Shown one piece after another: positions 25,877 to 37,610 of a stretch of DNA of 64,000 nucleotides. The translations under genes and the position numbers were made by a program. A model generated the notes under the pieces. The model saw only the letters and a list, made by a program, of their open reading frames with translations. It searched no databases and was not told where the DNA came from. Origin of the DNA: Okamejei kenojei (lineage: Eukaryota); the NCBI GenBank assembly GCA_035221665.1, contig CM069134.1, positions 25,110,001 through 25,174,000 on the forward strand. Reading direction: 5' to 3'. Numbering within the stretch: position 1 is the stretch's first letter; every line of letters starts with the position of its first letter.

Positions 25877-25907
25877 CACCCTGCCCGCTCCTTCCTCGCC
25901 GACTCAC

Positions 25908-26051
25908 TTTCTGCGAGCAGAAAGACTGCGACCAGTGGTACAGGACTAGTTTGATGCGAGTATTGTCGCATATCGCGGCGACCTGCTGCTGATCCCGCTC
26001 GCCAGCATCCCGGCCCGTTTCACCGGCGCGGCCCCGCTGCCGATCCGCCAT
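25908..26051 (-). CDS. GDAP1: GDAP1 coding exon 1 (144 nt)
   Basis: MADRQ...IKLVLYHWSQSFCSQK then donor gtgagt. Strong Kozak GCGATGG in a CpG island. The six exons sum to 1065 nt in frame. Confidence 0.93.
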
Positions 26052-26059
26052 CGCAGCCC

Positions 26060-26200
26060 CTCACCCACAGCTTTGCGCCTGCGCCGAGCCACGGTGCATT
26101 CTGGAAACATCGGTCCGTGACGTCATCCCGACCGGGCGAGGTCCCACGGAAACTACAACTCCCACAATGCATCGCGAGAGATTTCTCGTGCGCTTCCGGC
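26060..26200 (-). promoter_or_regulatory. GDAP1 CpG-island core promoter
   Basis: NRF1-like TGCGCCTGCGC 26074-26084; CRE TGACGTCA 26118-26125; ZNF143/THAP11-type ACTACAACTCCCACAATGCA 26152-26171; TCGCGAGA 26172-26179; ETS CTTCCGG 26193-26199. Confidence 0.8.
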
Positions 26201-26359
26201 TGGAATCTTTTAAAAAAAAGAGGTGGAGGTAAAGGCAGAATGGAAGGAATTCCAATAAGAGGAACACTGGAGAGTAGAAGGCGTGACTTTGACTTTCAGT
26301 GTGTGCTTCTGGAGAATTAAAGGTCAGTGGATGGCCCTGGAGGGTAGCATAACAGCAGG

Positions 26360-26903
26360 CGAGGGGAAAAAAGTTTCAGAAGTGATAAATCTGGCTGTAA
26401 ATTTTTTAATCGCCCATGGTTCTCAAGTGTGTTTTTACATACAAAAAGAAAACGCCTCTGAAGCAAAATTTACAGCCAGATTTATCACTTCTGAGACTTT
26501 TTAGATCCCAAAGGAATCAAGAAAAAACACAAATAATGCCTTACTGTTGATAAAATGCAGTGAGCAAACGCAATAATTCCCATTATTTCCAATTTAGATT
26601 TCTGGACGGCCAATGTTCGCCAAGCACTTTGGCTGCTGTTGTCCCTTCAGCTCTCGCTTCTCTTTACCTTCATTTCGCTTCACTTTTGGAATTCTGAAGT
26701 TGGGTACATGTCTCCCACGCTTACCCCGACTTCCACAATTTTTTACAGCGCAAAAATCCAACATTTTGGCGGTGTTTAACAGGTAGGAAAGTACGCGTTT
26801 CGTGTATTAACAACATATACCGGAAGCTGCGATGTCCTCCAGATGGATTGAGCGGCTCCGTGCGTCAAGCCCAATGATCCAGTGACCTTACATGCAACCC
26901 CCC
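26360..26903 (-). mobile_element. Second copy of the THAP-bearing DNA transposon, with a full THAP domain remnant
   Basis: 26666-26903 is the reverse complement of 23028-23268. From ATG 26764 it reads MLDFCAVKNCGSRGKRGRHVPNFRIPKVKRNEGKEKRELKGQQQPKCLANIGRPEI*IGNNGNYCVCSLHFIN. Left boundary uncertain. Confidence 0.75.
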
Positions 26904-27074
26904 TTTTGGGAGAGTCTGGGGTGATGAAGATGCAAAGGACAATTTCAGCAACAAATATTGCTGAGGTTTGGAATGAAGGAAGATAATAGCCAATAGATGG
27001 AAGTAAGTTTTTGAAGGGCAGGGACTATAGGGTTCAATTTTAGGTGTGGAAAGGACAGAATAGGTATAAACAGG

Positions 27075-28290
27075 TGTAGCAAGGGACTGCAGATGCTGGT
27101 CTAAAGATAGACAGCAAGGGACTGAAGATAGAAACAGAATGCTGGTGTAACTCAGCGGGACAGGCAGCATCTACAGAGAGAAGGAATGGATGATGTTTCT
27201 GGTCAGGACCAAAGATCTTTGGTTGGGACCCTTCAGACTGAAGGGCCTGTCCCACTGTACGAGGTAATTCAAGAGTTCTCCCAAGTTTCCCCCTGATTCA
27301 AACTCAGAGAATTACGGTAATAGTCATTCGTAGGTACTCGAGGCTCTCGTGGTCATTTTTCAACATGTTGAAAAAACTTCAGGAGCTTACCGTGTTTCCC
27401 GAGTACCTGCCGTTAGCGTTAAGAACCGCTAAGAGACGTCCCGAGCTCCGACGTACCTGCTATGTACATTCGACGTACTTACCACGAGTTTGATTTTTTT
27501 TTTTTAAACTCGGAAGAACTCTTGGGTAAATTCGTGTAGTGGGACAGGCCCTTGACGGGCAGGGTAGAGGGAGACTAGAGATATGGAAGGTTTAGGTGCC
27601 AAAACGGCAGATCAAAGCAGGCGATTTTCAAGGAAATGTAGAGTGGTTCATTGTTGGCTGAGGGGAAGGTGACAATGAGGTAAACAATCAGTACAAATAA
27701 TCAAGAGGGCAGTGAAACTAGTCGGAGTACTAGGTGGGGGAGGGAGAGAGCGAGAGAGAGAGGGAAAGCAAGAGTTACTTGAAGTTAGAGAAGTGGGGTG
27801 TAAGCTGCCCAAGTGAAATATGAGATGCTGCTCCTCCAATTTGCATTGGGCCTCACTCTGATAGTGGAGGAGGCCCAGGACAGAAAGGTCAGTATGGGAA
27901 TTAGAGGGGGATTTAAAGTGTTTAGCAACTAGGAGATCGTGTAGGTCTTGGCAGACTGAGGGAAGGTGTTCAGTGAAATGATTACCGATCCTGCGCTTGG
28001 TCTCGCTGATATATAGGAGTCCTGGAACAGTGGATACAGTCGTTTGGAGGAGATGCAAGTGAACTCACCTGAAATTATTGTTGGTGTCTTTGGACAGAGG
28101 TATGGGGATAGATGTTATATCTTCTGCAGTTGCAGGGGGCAGTACCTGGGGAGGGTGTGGTTCGAGTGGGAAGCGATGAGTTAACCAGGGAGTTGAGGAG
28201 GGAATGTTCTCTGCGGAAAGTGGAAAGGGGTGGAGATATGAAGATTTGTAAGTCGTGGGGTCCTGTTGGAGGTTGTGAAAATGTGTATGT
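27075..28290 (-). mobile_element. Penelope-like retroelement 3' part (GIY-YIG endonuclease remnant + terminal repeat)
   Basis: GLLYISETKRRIGNHFTEHL..VAKHF..LEEQHLIFHLGSLHP in ORF 27648-28058 is typical of a PLE GIY-YIG domain. Confidence 0.8.
27242..27552. mobile_element. PIF/Harbinger-type MITE inserted in the Penelope-like element
   Basis: TIRs AGGGCCTGTCCCACT / AGTGGGACAGGCCCT. TGA duplication at 27239-41 and 27553-55. Confidence 0.88.
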
Positions 28291-28649
28291 GGGATACTGG
28301 AAACAACACTGAAGAAATAATGAAAAGGTGTCCTTGCTATAACTGTAATATAATTACAGTTGCACGTTGGTTATAATTAGAGGAAGCTGATATCATTCAG
28401 ATTCTGGCTCCAACTGATGCATGTACATCTGTTGCATTCCATGCAGCTTTGTTGACAGCTAGCTTCACCCCGGCCCTAGTTATTTTCAATGATAAATTAG
28501 AACCTACCGATTAAATACGCAACGTTTACGGGTATGGCTCATATTTTATGCAACCCATCCTACTGGATAGATTCTAAAACATCTTCCTTATGTCCAACAC
28601 TGTTAGGCTGCCTTATCTGACCCAAAACATATTACAGTTCAGTCAGTAA

Positions 28650-29275
28650 AGGGCCTGTTCCACTTGGCCGTCATTCGCACACCATTTACGCGACCTGCTA
28701 GCGTGTGGGTAGCGCGTGGGTAGCGCGGGACGGGCGCATTAAGTGGTGTGGTGGAGTGTGGAGTGGCGTGGAGGAGTGTGGACTTCATCCTGCACTAAAT
28801 CTTTGCGTGCCACCGGCCTGTCGTGTACCTGACGGCCAAAGTGGGACAGGCCCAAGACCCTGGCGCGGCCCAACGTCTCACCTCAGCAGAAGCAGGCAAA
28901 CGATCGCCGAGCTCAGGTTAGGGCTCACGGCCTTTGCGGATCCGGATCCGCCCCCACTCCTACTCCCAGAGAGGGGCCAAGACGATTGGAGATAGACACA
29001 AAATGTAGGAGTAACTCAGCGGGACCGAAGACTTCTTCAGTCTGAAGACTCAGACTGAAGAAGAGTCTCGACCCGAAACATCATCCATTCCTTCTCACCA
29101 GAGATGCCGCCGGTCCCGCTGAGTTACTCCTGCATTTTGTGCCTATCTTCAAATGACGTCACGCACTCCAGATGGCTGTGCGGACGCATGATGACGCGCG
29201 TGACCGTCGCACGACCGTCGCGCATCAGTCACTACCGGCCTGTCGCATAAATGACGGCCAGGTGGGACAGGCCCT
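28650..29275. mobile_element. PIF/Harbinger-type MITE with an internal extra TIR and a nested Penelope-like palindrome
   Basis: TIRs AGGGCCTGTTCCACTTGGCCGTCATT / AATGACGGCCAGGTGGGACAGGCCCT. TAA duplication at 28647-49 and 29276-78. A TIR-like copy sits at ~28830-28853. Confidence 0.85.
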
Positions 29276-30619
29276 TAACTTTTTAAAACTGTAGCTACTA
29301 AATAGAGCAGATAGTGAAAGATTTGGGGTTTGAAGAGCTTTCTAAAGGGAAAGATAGTTAGATTGAGAGGTAAAAAGATTTACAACAGGAATTCCAGAAC
29401 CAAACCAAACCAAGCCCAGCTTCTGAGAATGAAGGGATTAATATCAGGAATGAACAAGAAATCAGAATGAGTGTAGTTCAGATTTATTGGAGAGTTATTT
29501 CAGAGAGGAAAATGATACAATAGGCACAGAAATTATAAAACTCAGTCATTGCTTAATCAGGACTTAATGTAGATCAACAAGTACGGGGGGTGAATGTGAT
29601 TAGTGCAATTTTAGATACAGGCAGTAGATTTTTCTTTGACCTTTGCAAGGTATACAACAAGAGAATTAGAATAATAAAAAGATAACAAAGAATGGATGAA
29701 GGTCTCAGCAGCAGACAAGCTAAATTGAGCAATATTGTGCATCTGGAAATATGTCTAAGAAATAGGATTATAAAACATAGAATGTTGAAGAAAACAGCAC
29801 AGGAACAGGCATCATTGATAGCTCTGCTTCTGCACCATGGTGAGGTCTCAGGCCTTTGCACACGTTGACAACGTCTGCTGTGGCGTAACTGCTGCCTCCC
29901 TTGTTTCCCAGGCTGGAGTTCCTCTCCAGGGCGCAGGCCTGAGAAAAAGAGATGGAGACCCTGGGGCTCCCAAGCAACAGGTGACACCCCCCCCCCCCCC
30001 CCCCCCCCCCCCCCACCAACCGGGCCTAACTGGTGGATCCAAAGGAACGTCAGGATCCAAGAGCACTAAGTTTGGTCGCAGGTTAGCTGCAGAAGCTGTC
30101 GGAGGCATGACAAAATTGAGACATCAATCTGTCTATTGGGACTCCATTCCAGATTTTCTGTCAGGATCTACTCCCTTAGCCTTGGCTTCTGAAGCTCATA
30201 CAATTCAGTGGGACTGGGTCCCAAGGCAGTGGGACTTCTCCTGAAGCTCACACAAGGCATTGGGATCTGGTACACGGACACCAGGGCGTGTCCACCCCCA
30301 GGTGGACCTGCGTGCCACGTATCTGGGGGCCAGACCTGCGAGTAGTCTGTAGTTCAGCCCGAGTCCCCAAGGTACTCATTACCATGAGGAGACACAACAG
30401 GAGGCTTGCTGTTGGAGAGATGTATTGGCAGAGAGAAACTCACGCACTCGGCTCTCCTTTTCACATTGCTGCTGGCTAGTGGTGGAGCTGAAAGCGAGGT
30501 GACAGCACTGACAAGCACTAACACCAAGCACTCACAAGCACTAGCACTCTGCCACCATACTGCAGCCCTACCACACAACCACAAGTCTCTTAAATGCCAT
30601 GATTGTAACTGTCTCCACC

Positions 30620-31750
30620 ACCACACACCGAGTCCTATAAAACTGCAACACGACTTCCTGACTCTTATACTCAATGCCCTGACCAATGAAAGCAAGCATA
30701 CCAAATGTCTTCTAGATTTCTCTATCTACTTGTCATATCATAATCATAATAGTAATTTATTAGCCAAGTAAGTTTTGCAATATACGTGGAATTTGATTTG
30801 TCATACAGTCATACCAATAAAGAGAAACAAGACATCCAAATACATTTTTAACATGAACATCTACCCAGCGACTCACCCACATTCCTCACTATGATGGAAG
30901 GCAAAAGAAGTTCAGTCTTCTTCCCTTCTTTGTTCTCCCGCGGTCGGGGCACTCGAACCTTCCGTTGACGGGATGACCTTGGCTCCCGCAGCCGGGGGTC
31001 GAGTCCTCCGCTTCGGGGCGATCAAGCTCCCGCATCTGGGGATCTCAGCTCCCCCACGCTGGCCGCTCGGACCCCGGGTCGGGGCTAGTCGAACCTACCT
31101 GAGACTGCAAGCTTCTCGATGTTGAATCCGCAGGCTCCGATGTACGTGCACGGCCCCGCAACGGGGTTCAAAGTCAGTCCCGAGTAAGGCTGCCAGCTCC
31201 GTGATGTTAGGCCGCAGAGCAACCGGAGATACGATCCGGAAATCAATCGCATCTACGGCAAGGTAAGAGATTGAAAAAAAGTTTCCACCGACCCCCTCCC
31301 CCAGCCCCCACATAATACAAACCAGAGAACATTAATCATACTTTTAAAACACTAAAAATAACAAAAGACAGACAGACTGTGGGTGAGGCTGCCATCGCTG
31401 TCGGTGCCACCCGGTGTTGCCACTTGCAGGGAATTATAGACATTGACCTCAAGATCCCTCTGTACATCAATGCTGTTAAGGGTCATACCATTACATTTGT
31501 ATTTTCCTCTTACATTCCCCTCCCAAAGTGCAACACCTCACACTTACTCAGATTAAACACCATCTGCTATTTCTCCATCCATTTCTATAGCAGATCTATA
31601 TCCCACTGTATACTTTGACAGCCTTCCTAACAGTCCACGACCCCAGCAATCTTGATATCATCTGCAAAAGTACTAACCAACCCATCTATATTTACATCAG
31701 TCATTTTTATATATCCCAATTAACAGAGGTCCCAGCACAGAGCCCTGCAG
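30620..31750 (-). mobile_element. CR1 LINE fragment interrupted by a CpG-rich SINE-like element (~30735-31415)
   Basis: CR1 RT-region sequence (..TCATCTGCAAA.., CCCAGCACAGAGCCCTG) lies on both sides. The insert has a short-repeat tail (ATCATA)n at ~30736 and a head shared with 16645. Confidence 0.7.
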
Positions 31751-34477
31751 AATTCTACGTACATGGCACAAATTTGTGAATCGCTTAGTTCGGCCAAACA
31801 ACGAGAGAGAAATGTGAGAGAGTCAGTGACTAGAGGAAGGAGATTATGATGGAAAGCAAAGGTAATGATTTTGGGTCTTCTCAATGCTTAATTGGGAGAG
31901 ATTTTTAATTGTCCACAACATTCAGGCACCTGAAATATCAGCAATAACTTCCACGGAGAAGCTGCAAGAAAAGAAAGTCACTATATAAACTGCTACATTT
32001 GCCTTCGAAAATAGGAAAGCATGCGATGGTGCCAATTTTCTTAAACCTTGGGCTTGAACGCTTTCTCCATTGGTCAATCTAATTTTTCTTTAGACGTTCA
32101 TCAGCCTGCTGAATCTTTCTAGCTTTCCTCATTTTTTGATTCAGCGTTCCATAATTTATATTATGTTATAATTTATAATATAATTTTTAAGGAAGTCTTA
32201 CACACTTTATTCCTCGTCTACCAATTCCCTCCCCCATTCTCCCCTTCCTTTCCATCCTCAGCTTACTTACAACATTTTCTTTCCTGAATTAAAGAAAAAG
32301 ACTCCTCTCTTCACCATTCTCATCCAATCAACGATTGCATACGATTTAGACTCTTCAGGGAGTTGGTCACTGTATACTTTGGTTAAAGGAGCAAATTTGA
32401 CAATGTAGATCATCCAATATAAACCCTGTCTGATATTACTCTCTGGATTAATTTATGTGTAACTTTTGGTGGTGCGCCACAGGCAGTTTCCTCTGTGAGC
32501 TTAAAGTGAAAATTATCCTGTGTGCAATGTCAACAGGAAAAGATTAAAATAAAACCTCATACACACTTTATGTCTACAAAATCTTCTTTGTTTACTTCAT
32601 TGATTGACATTTATGTCAGATTTTTCTGTTCCATTTTCCCATTTCCAAATTTATAATGGAAAACATTACCCAAGGATCTTAAGCGTTGTCATGCATGTCA
32701 AAGAATCAGACTTTTTTTAATAAACATATGAACATACTAATTAGGAGCTACTTAGCCCCTCAAGCTTGCTTCATTATTTGGTGAAATTATTAAATTGGTC
32801 AAACACAATTTCACAAAATAATGTTAATTCTACCTGAGTACATTGATTTCTCTCAAAGCACCAGAAATCTCATTGAAATGAATGCAATTTATTGACCTGG
32901 ATGGGAAACTGGCCCGAGTATCGAAAGTGTAGGGATTATGGACAGATACACTTTGGCTGGACATAACTAGTAGTTGATCTGAAATGTATCCTCAACTCAA
33001 CATTCCTGTCTACCCATGGTAACGTTTTGCCCCTTACATACGTATTTACCTCTGATTTAAAAATATTCAAGAATGCTGCTTCTGCCACCTTTTGAGAGTT
33101 CCAAAGACCTGGAGCCCTCTAAGAGAAAGCTATCCCTCACTTCTGTCTTCAATGAACAATTCCTTATTTTCAAACAATGATCCCTCATTTTTGATTCTCC
33201 TGCAAGGAAACATCTCGCCACATGTACCCTGTCAAAACCCCTCATAATCGTGAATGTTTCAATTAAATCCCCCCTCACTCTCTGAACTTCAGTGGATACT
33301 CTGTTAATATCACTATCCTCTTTGACAGTGGAGTCCAGCACATGAATCAAAAACATATGGATGAGCCATTCTCCTCCCAAGGGCTCCACAAACATGCACG
33401 CCAGTCAATACAATTCACCCTACATGACATCAAGGAACAGCTGAATGTGCTGGATACAGCAGAAGTTATGGGGCCCAACAATGGCTCAATTGAGGTGGCC
33501 AATACTTTGGCTCCAGAACTAGTCACTCTGTGTCAGTACAACTGTAACACCAGAATCTCTATAATTGGAAAATTGAAATAAAACAGAAAATGGGAGATAG
33601 ACATCAAGTAGGAAATTGACCTGTTATCCACTGTCAGAAATCTCTTCTGTCTATTTACCACTCCATCTGTTTATTTGCAATCACCACTAAAATGATGGAA
33701 GAAGTCACTGACTGGGCTATTAAGCAGTACTTACCAATAAACTGTTCAACAGTACCCAGTATAAAGCCTGTCCGGATCATTAATCTCCAAACCTCATTAC
33801 ATCCTTGGTAGAAAAACAAGCAATGAAACTGAACAATAAAAGTGAGACTGCATTTGACAAGGTCTTCAGCACCCTAATGAACCTGGAGTTAATTGGAACT
33901 GGGGGAAAATGGCTCCTCTGGTCAGAAAAATGTGCAATTTTATTCTTAGGATTCGTATTCTTATCTTATTCTCAGGATAATGATGCAGGTCACCCTTACA
34001 GCCCATCTATACTTAATTTGATCATTTTTTAACTGCTTCATCCATGACTTCTCTGCCGTGAAATAGAATTATTCACTTATGATTTCATGGTGCAGGGTCT
34101 GAATAACATTTATCTGGACGTGGGGAGGGGGGTCAAATCACAACATGCCAGATAACTGTCAGGCAATCAACATCTTCAACAAATGAGAATCTACGAGTCT
34201 AGACATTGAATCCTAAACCAAGAATATACAAAGCCTCTGTTCATCAAAATCTACATCAGGCACATAAATATTATAAGAACGGGTATTCTGAGGACAAAGG
34301 AGGATGTAGGGACATGGGGGCTTACCTCCTAACTCTCAAAATGTTTCAGCCATTCACAACGTCCATCAAGCATGGGCGAAAATACTCTACATTTGCCTGA
34401 GTGAGAGGAGCTCAAACATTTCAGAAGTTGAACATAATCCAAGCCAAAACAGACCTCTGGTTTCCATCCCTTTCATG

Positions 34478-35210
34478 ATACGAAACGATAGAACTTTATT
34501 TATCGCAGGAAATTGGTCTACTAACAGTCATAAAATACAACAAGATACATGAAATTAAAGTGACAGGTGGAAAGTCCAGGACTGGGGATATGCAAAGATT
34601 GGGGAGGGAGGGGGAAGGAGGGTCAGGCTACCCCACCACAGAAGGGGGAGGAGTGATACAGTTTGATAGCCACAGGAAAAAGGATCTCCTGTGGCATTCT
34701 GTGCTACATCTTGATGGAACCAGTCTGTTGTGGAAGGTACTCCTCAGGTTGACCAGTGTGTCATGGAGTGGGTGAGCTGTATTGTCCAAGATGCTCTGCA
34801 GTTTGAGGAGCATCCTCCCCTTCAAGACCATCTCCACTGAATCCAACTCAAACCCCAGGAAGCAGCCAGCCTTCCTGACGAGCTTGTTAATTCTGTTGTC
34901 ATCCGCGGCCTTCGCCCTGCTGCCCCAGCACATGACAGTGAAGAAGATGGTACTGGCCACCACCCATTGATAGAACATCTGCAGCATCTTACTGCAGGCA
35001 TTGAAAGAGCGGAGCCTCCATAGAAAGTATAGATGGCTCTGTCTCTTCTTGTACAGTGCCTCAGCGTTCCTGAACCAGTCCAGTTTACTGTCCAGGTAAA
35101 CTCGTGCTCCTTGGTAAACTGCACATCCACACCCTTGTTGAAGACATGGGACAGGGGTGTTCCTCTTCTCCTAAAGCCCAACACAAACTCTTGTTGGTGT
35201 TAAGCTGCAG
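34478..35210 (-). mobile_element. Rex1/Babar-like LINE 3' fragment
   Basis: MLQMFYQWVVASTIFFTVMCWG..RINKLVRKAG..ILDNTAHPLH..RRSFF. Confidence 0.85.
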
Positions 35211-35949
35211 GTGATTCAGCCCACATCACTAAACAAAGTCTACCCTCAATATTCTTTTCCCTCCACTATCAACGCACTCAGGCTGCAAATAGACACCACT
35301 TACAAAATACACAGCACCCAACTCACCAAAATATCTTCAGCAGTACCTTCCAAGTGCATGACCTCCTTTAGCGTAAAAGAACAAAGTAAATCTTTTTGTT
35401 TAGTTTTACAGGATGTGAATGTTGCTGACAGATCTAGTGTTTATTGCCCATCCACTACCATCCTCGAGGATATGGTAGCGGACCACCTTCTAGAATTGTT
35501 GCAGTTCTTTTTTGGGAAAGTATTCCTGCAATGCCATTGAGTAGAATATTCCATAATTTAGACCCGACATTGATGCACGTACAGACAGTGATGTATTTAC
35601 AAATCAGAATAATGTGTGACTTCAAGGGAATGGAGTGTGATTGCTATCTCTGTGCTTCTTGCTGATGCAGGCTATAGGTTTTGGAGAAGCTAATGGGGTA
35701 GGCTAGGTATATAACTGCAGTGCATTTTGTAAATTATATTCACTACAGACACAGCACATAGGCGGGACTGAAGGCTCAGGGGTGGTAGATTACGTGCCAA
35801 TCAAGTGGGATGATTTGTCTTGGAAGGAGTCAAGCTTGTGTGGTGTTGGAGTTACACTCATCCAGACAAGCAGAGATGGGGGAGTCATGCTGAGCCACAG
35901 CTGAAAACTAAACAGCGTGGTTTCTAGTCCATGCCCCCACTCCACAGCA

Positions 35950-37610
35950 TACCTCTGGCAAACCTCCAAGCTATTGAGAACAATCTGCATTAACATAAAG
36001 TGAAATTCAGCAACCTTAGGGAATTGAGCGAATGCTGTGTGCTCTACTTTACAGAGAAATGGCTCACCCCTGCTTCACGTGACTATACCATCCACGCTGA
36101 AGGCTTGTCATCGGATGTACCATATGGCATCCTTGAGCAAGGTAAAAGGTAGAGGGGTCTGCTTCCAATCAATATCTCAGGGTGCACGAATGTGGCACTC
36201 TTGGCAAGCTACTGCTCCCTGGATCCGGAGTATCGAACGGTGAAATGTCATCCTTTATACCTGCAGTGGGAATTCACCTTGGCTATCCCCACAGCAGTTT
36301 AGATTGCAGCAATGCAGATGTGAAACTTGCATAGCATATACACTGCTTCCAATAGCCTTGAGAAGAAATACCCAAGGCCTTGTTCATCTCAAGCAGGCCA
36401 ACCTCAAGAGTGTGCAACCAGAATACTACCAAAACATGTTCCTCGTTCCACCAGAAGCCCAAACAGTTTGAATACTGCTGCAGAACCAGAAAGGACACCT
36501 ACTGTTCGATCCCCCACACATATTTTGGAATGTCTGACCACCTGGCTGTGCTCCAATTTCCTGCTTAAAAATAGGAGGTGAAACCTGGGGATCCAGTACA
36601 GAAAGCCATTCAGTGCCAGTTTGAGGAAACAAATTAGCTCCTACACTGACTGTGTTGAGTTGGATAGCTGGTCCATATTCAAGGACTGGCCAACCTAATT
36701 GAATGTCATTGCTGTCACAGACTTCATCAGTAAGAGTGCATGCCAAAAAAGTAAATCCGAGTTAAGTTTAGTTTATTGTCACGTGCATCGAGGTACAGTG
36801 AAAAACTTTTGTTGCCTGCTGTCCAGTCAGCAGAAAGACAATACATGATTACAATCAAACCATCCACAGTGAACAGATACATGATAAAAGGAATAATGCG
36901 AATAATTTTTAATACAAGATAAAGTCCGATCAAAGAAAGTCCAAGGGTCTCCAATGGTCCTGGCCATCAGAGAATTGACAGATATGAGAGGAGATTCAGC
37001 AGAGCATAGTTAAAGTAGGAAATGCTGCTGTCAGAGTACAGATTTAAAAGAGCGGAGCGATTGTAATTCGTGTTTGCAGATCCACTTCTGTGACTAGTTT
37101 CCCACCCGGAAACCATGGATGAACCATGAGACCCACTCCCTGGTGAAGTCCGCACCAGGAGATCCCGACCTGTACAGGATATCTAGGTACAACAGTTGCA
37201 AACCAAGGAACCAAGAGACAATTCCAAATCATATTAGTGTCCTAGACTAACCACACAGACACCCATTTATTGTGGAAAGGCTTCACAAAGTAAAGTCAGG
37301 CAGGGTCACTGGCAACAAAGGATCCCTCCCCGATGAGCTCAATAGATTCTATGCTTGCTTTGAACAGGTCAATAGATCGACCTTACACACGTCAACAGCC
37401 TTCAGTGCAGCCCTTCATTACCCAGCCTTCAGTGCACCCATACATACAGTAATTGTTGCAGATATCAGATTGGCCTTCCTGAAAGTGAACAAGCAGAAAG
37501 CAACTGACCTGGATGGAGACACTGGCTGTGTCTTTAAAAGCTACAAAGAAACTCCCATTAGGAGTATTTGCAGACATCTTTAACCTTTGCCTACTCCAAT
37601 TACAGTTCAA
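35950..37610 (+). mobile_element. Decayed Rex1/Babar-like LINE, endonuclease/linker part, with a minus-strand 3' UTR fragment inserted at ~36762-36955
   Basis: Decayed CFTETWL/GRGVC-like motifs and SLPDELNRFYACFE..KVNKQKATDLDG. Confidence 0.6.

Noticed and set aside
25582-25992. Antisense ORF over GDAP1 exon 1 and intron 1
   Set aside because: A chimera of a CR1 tail, a GC-rich minisatellite and the antisense exon; no coding support.
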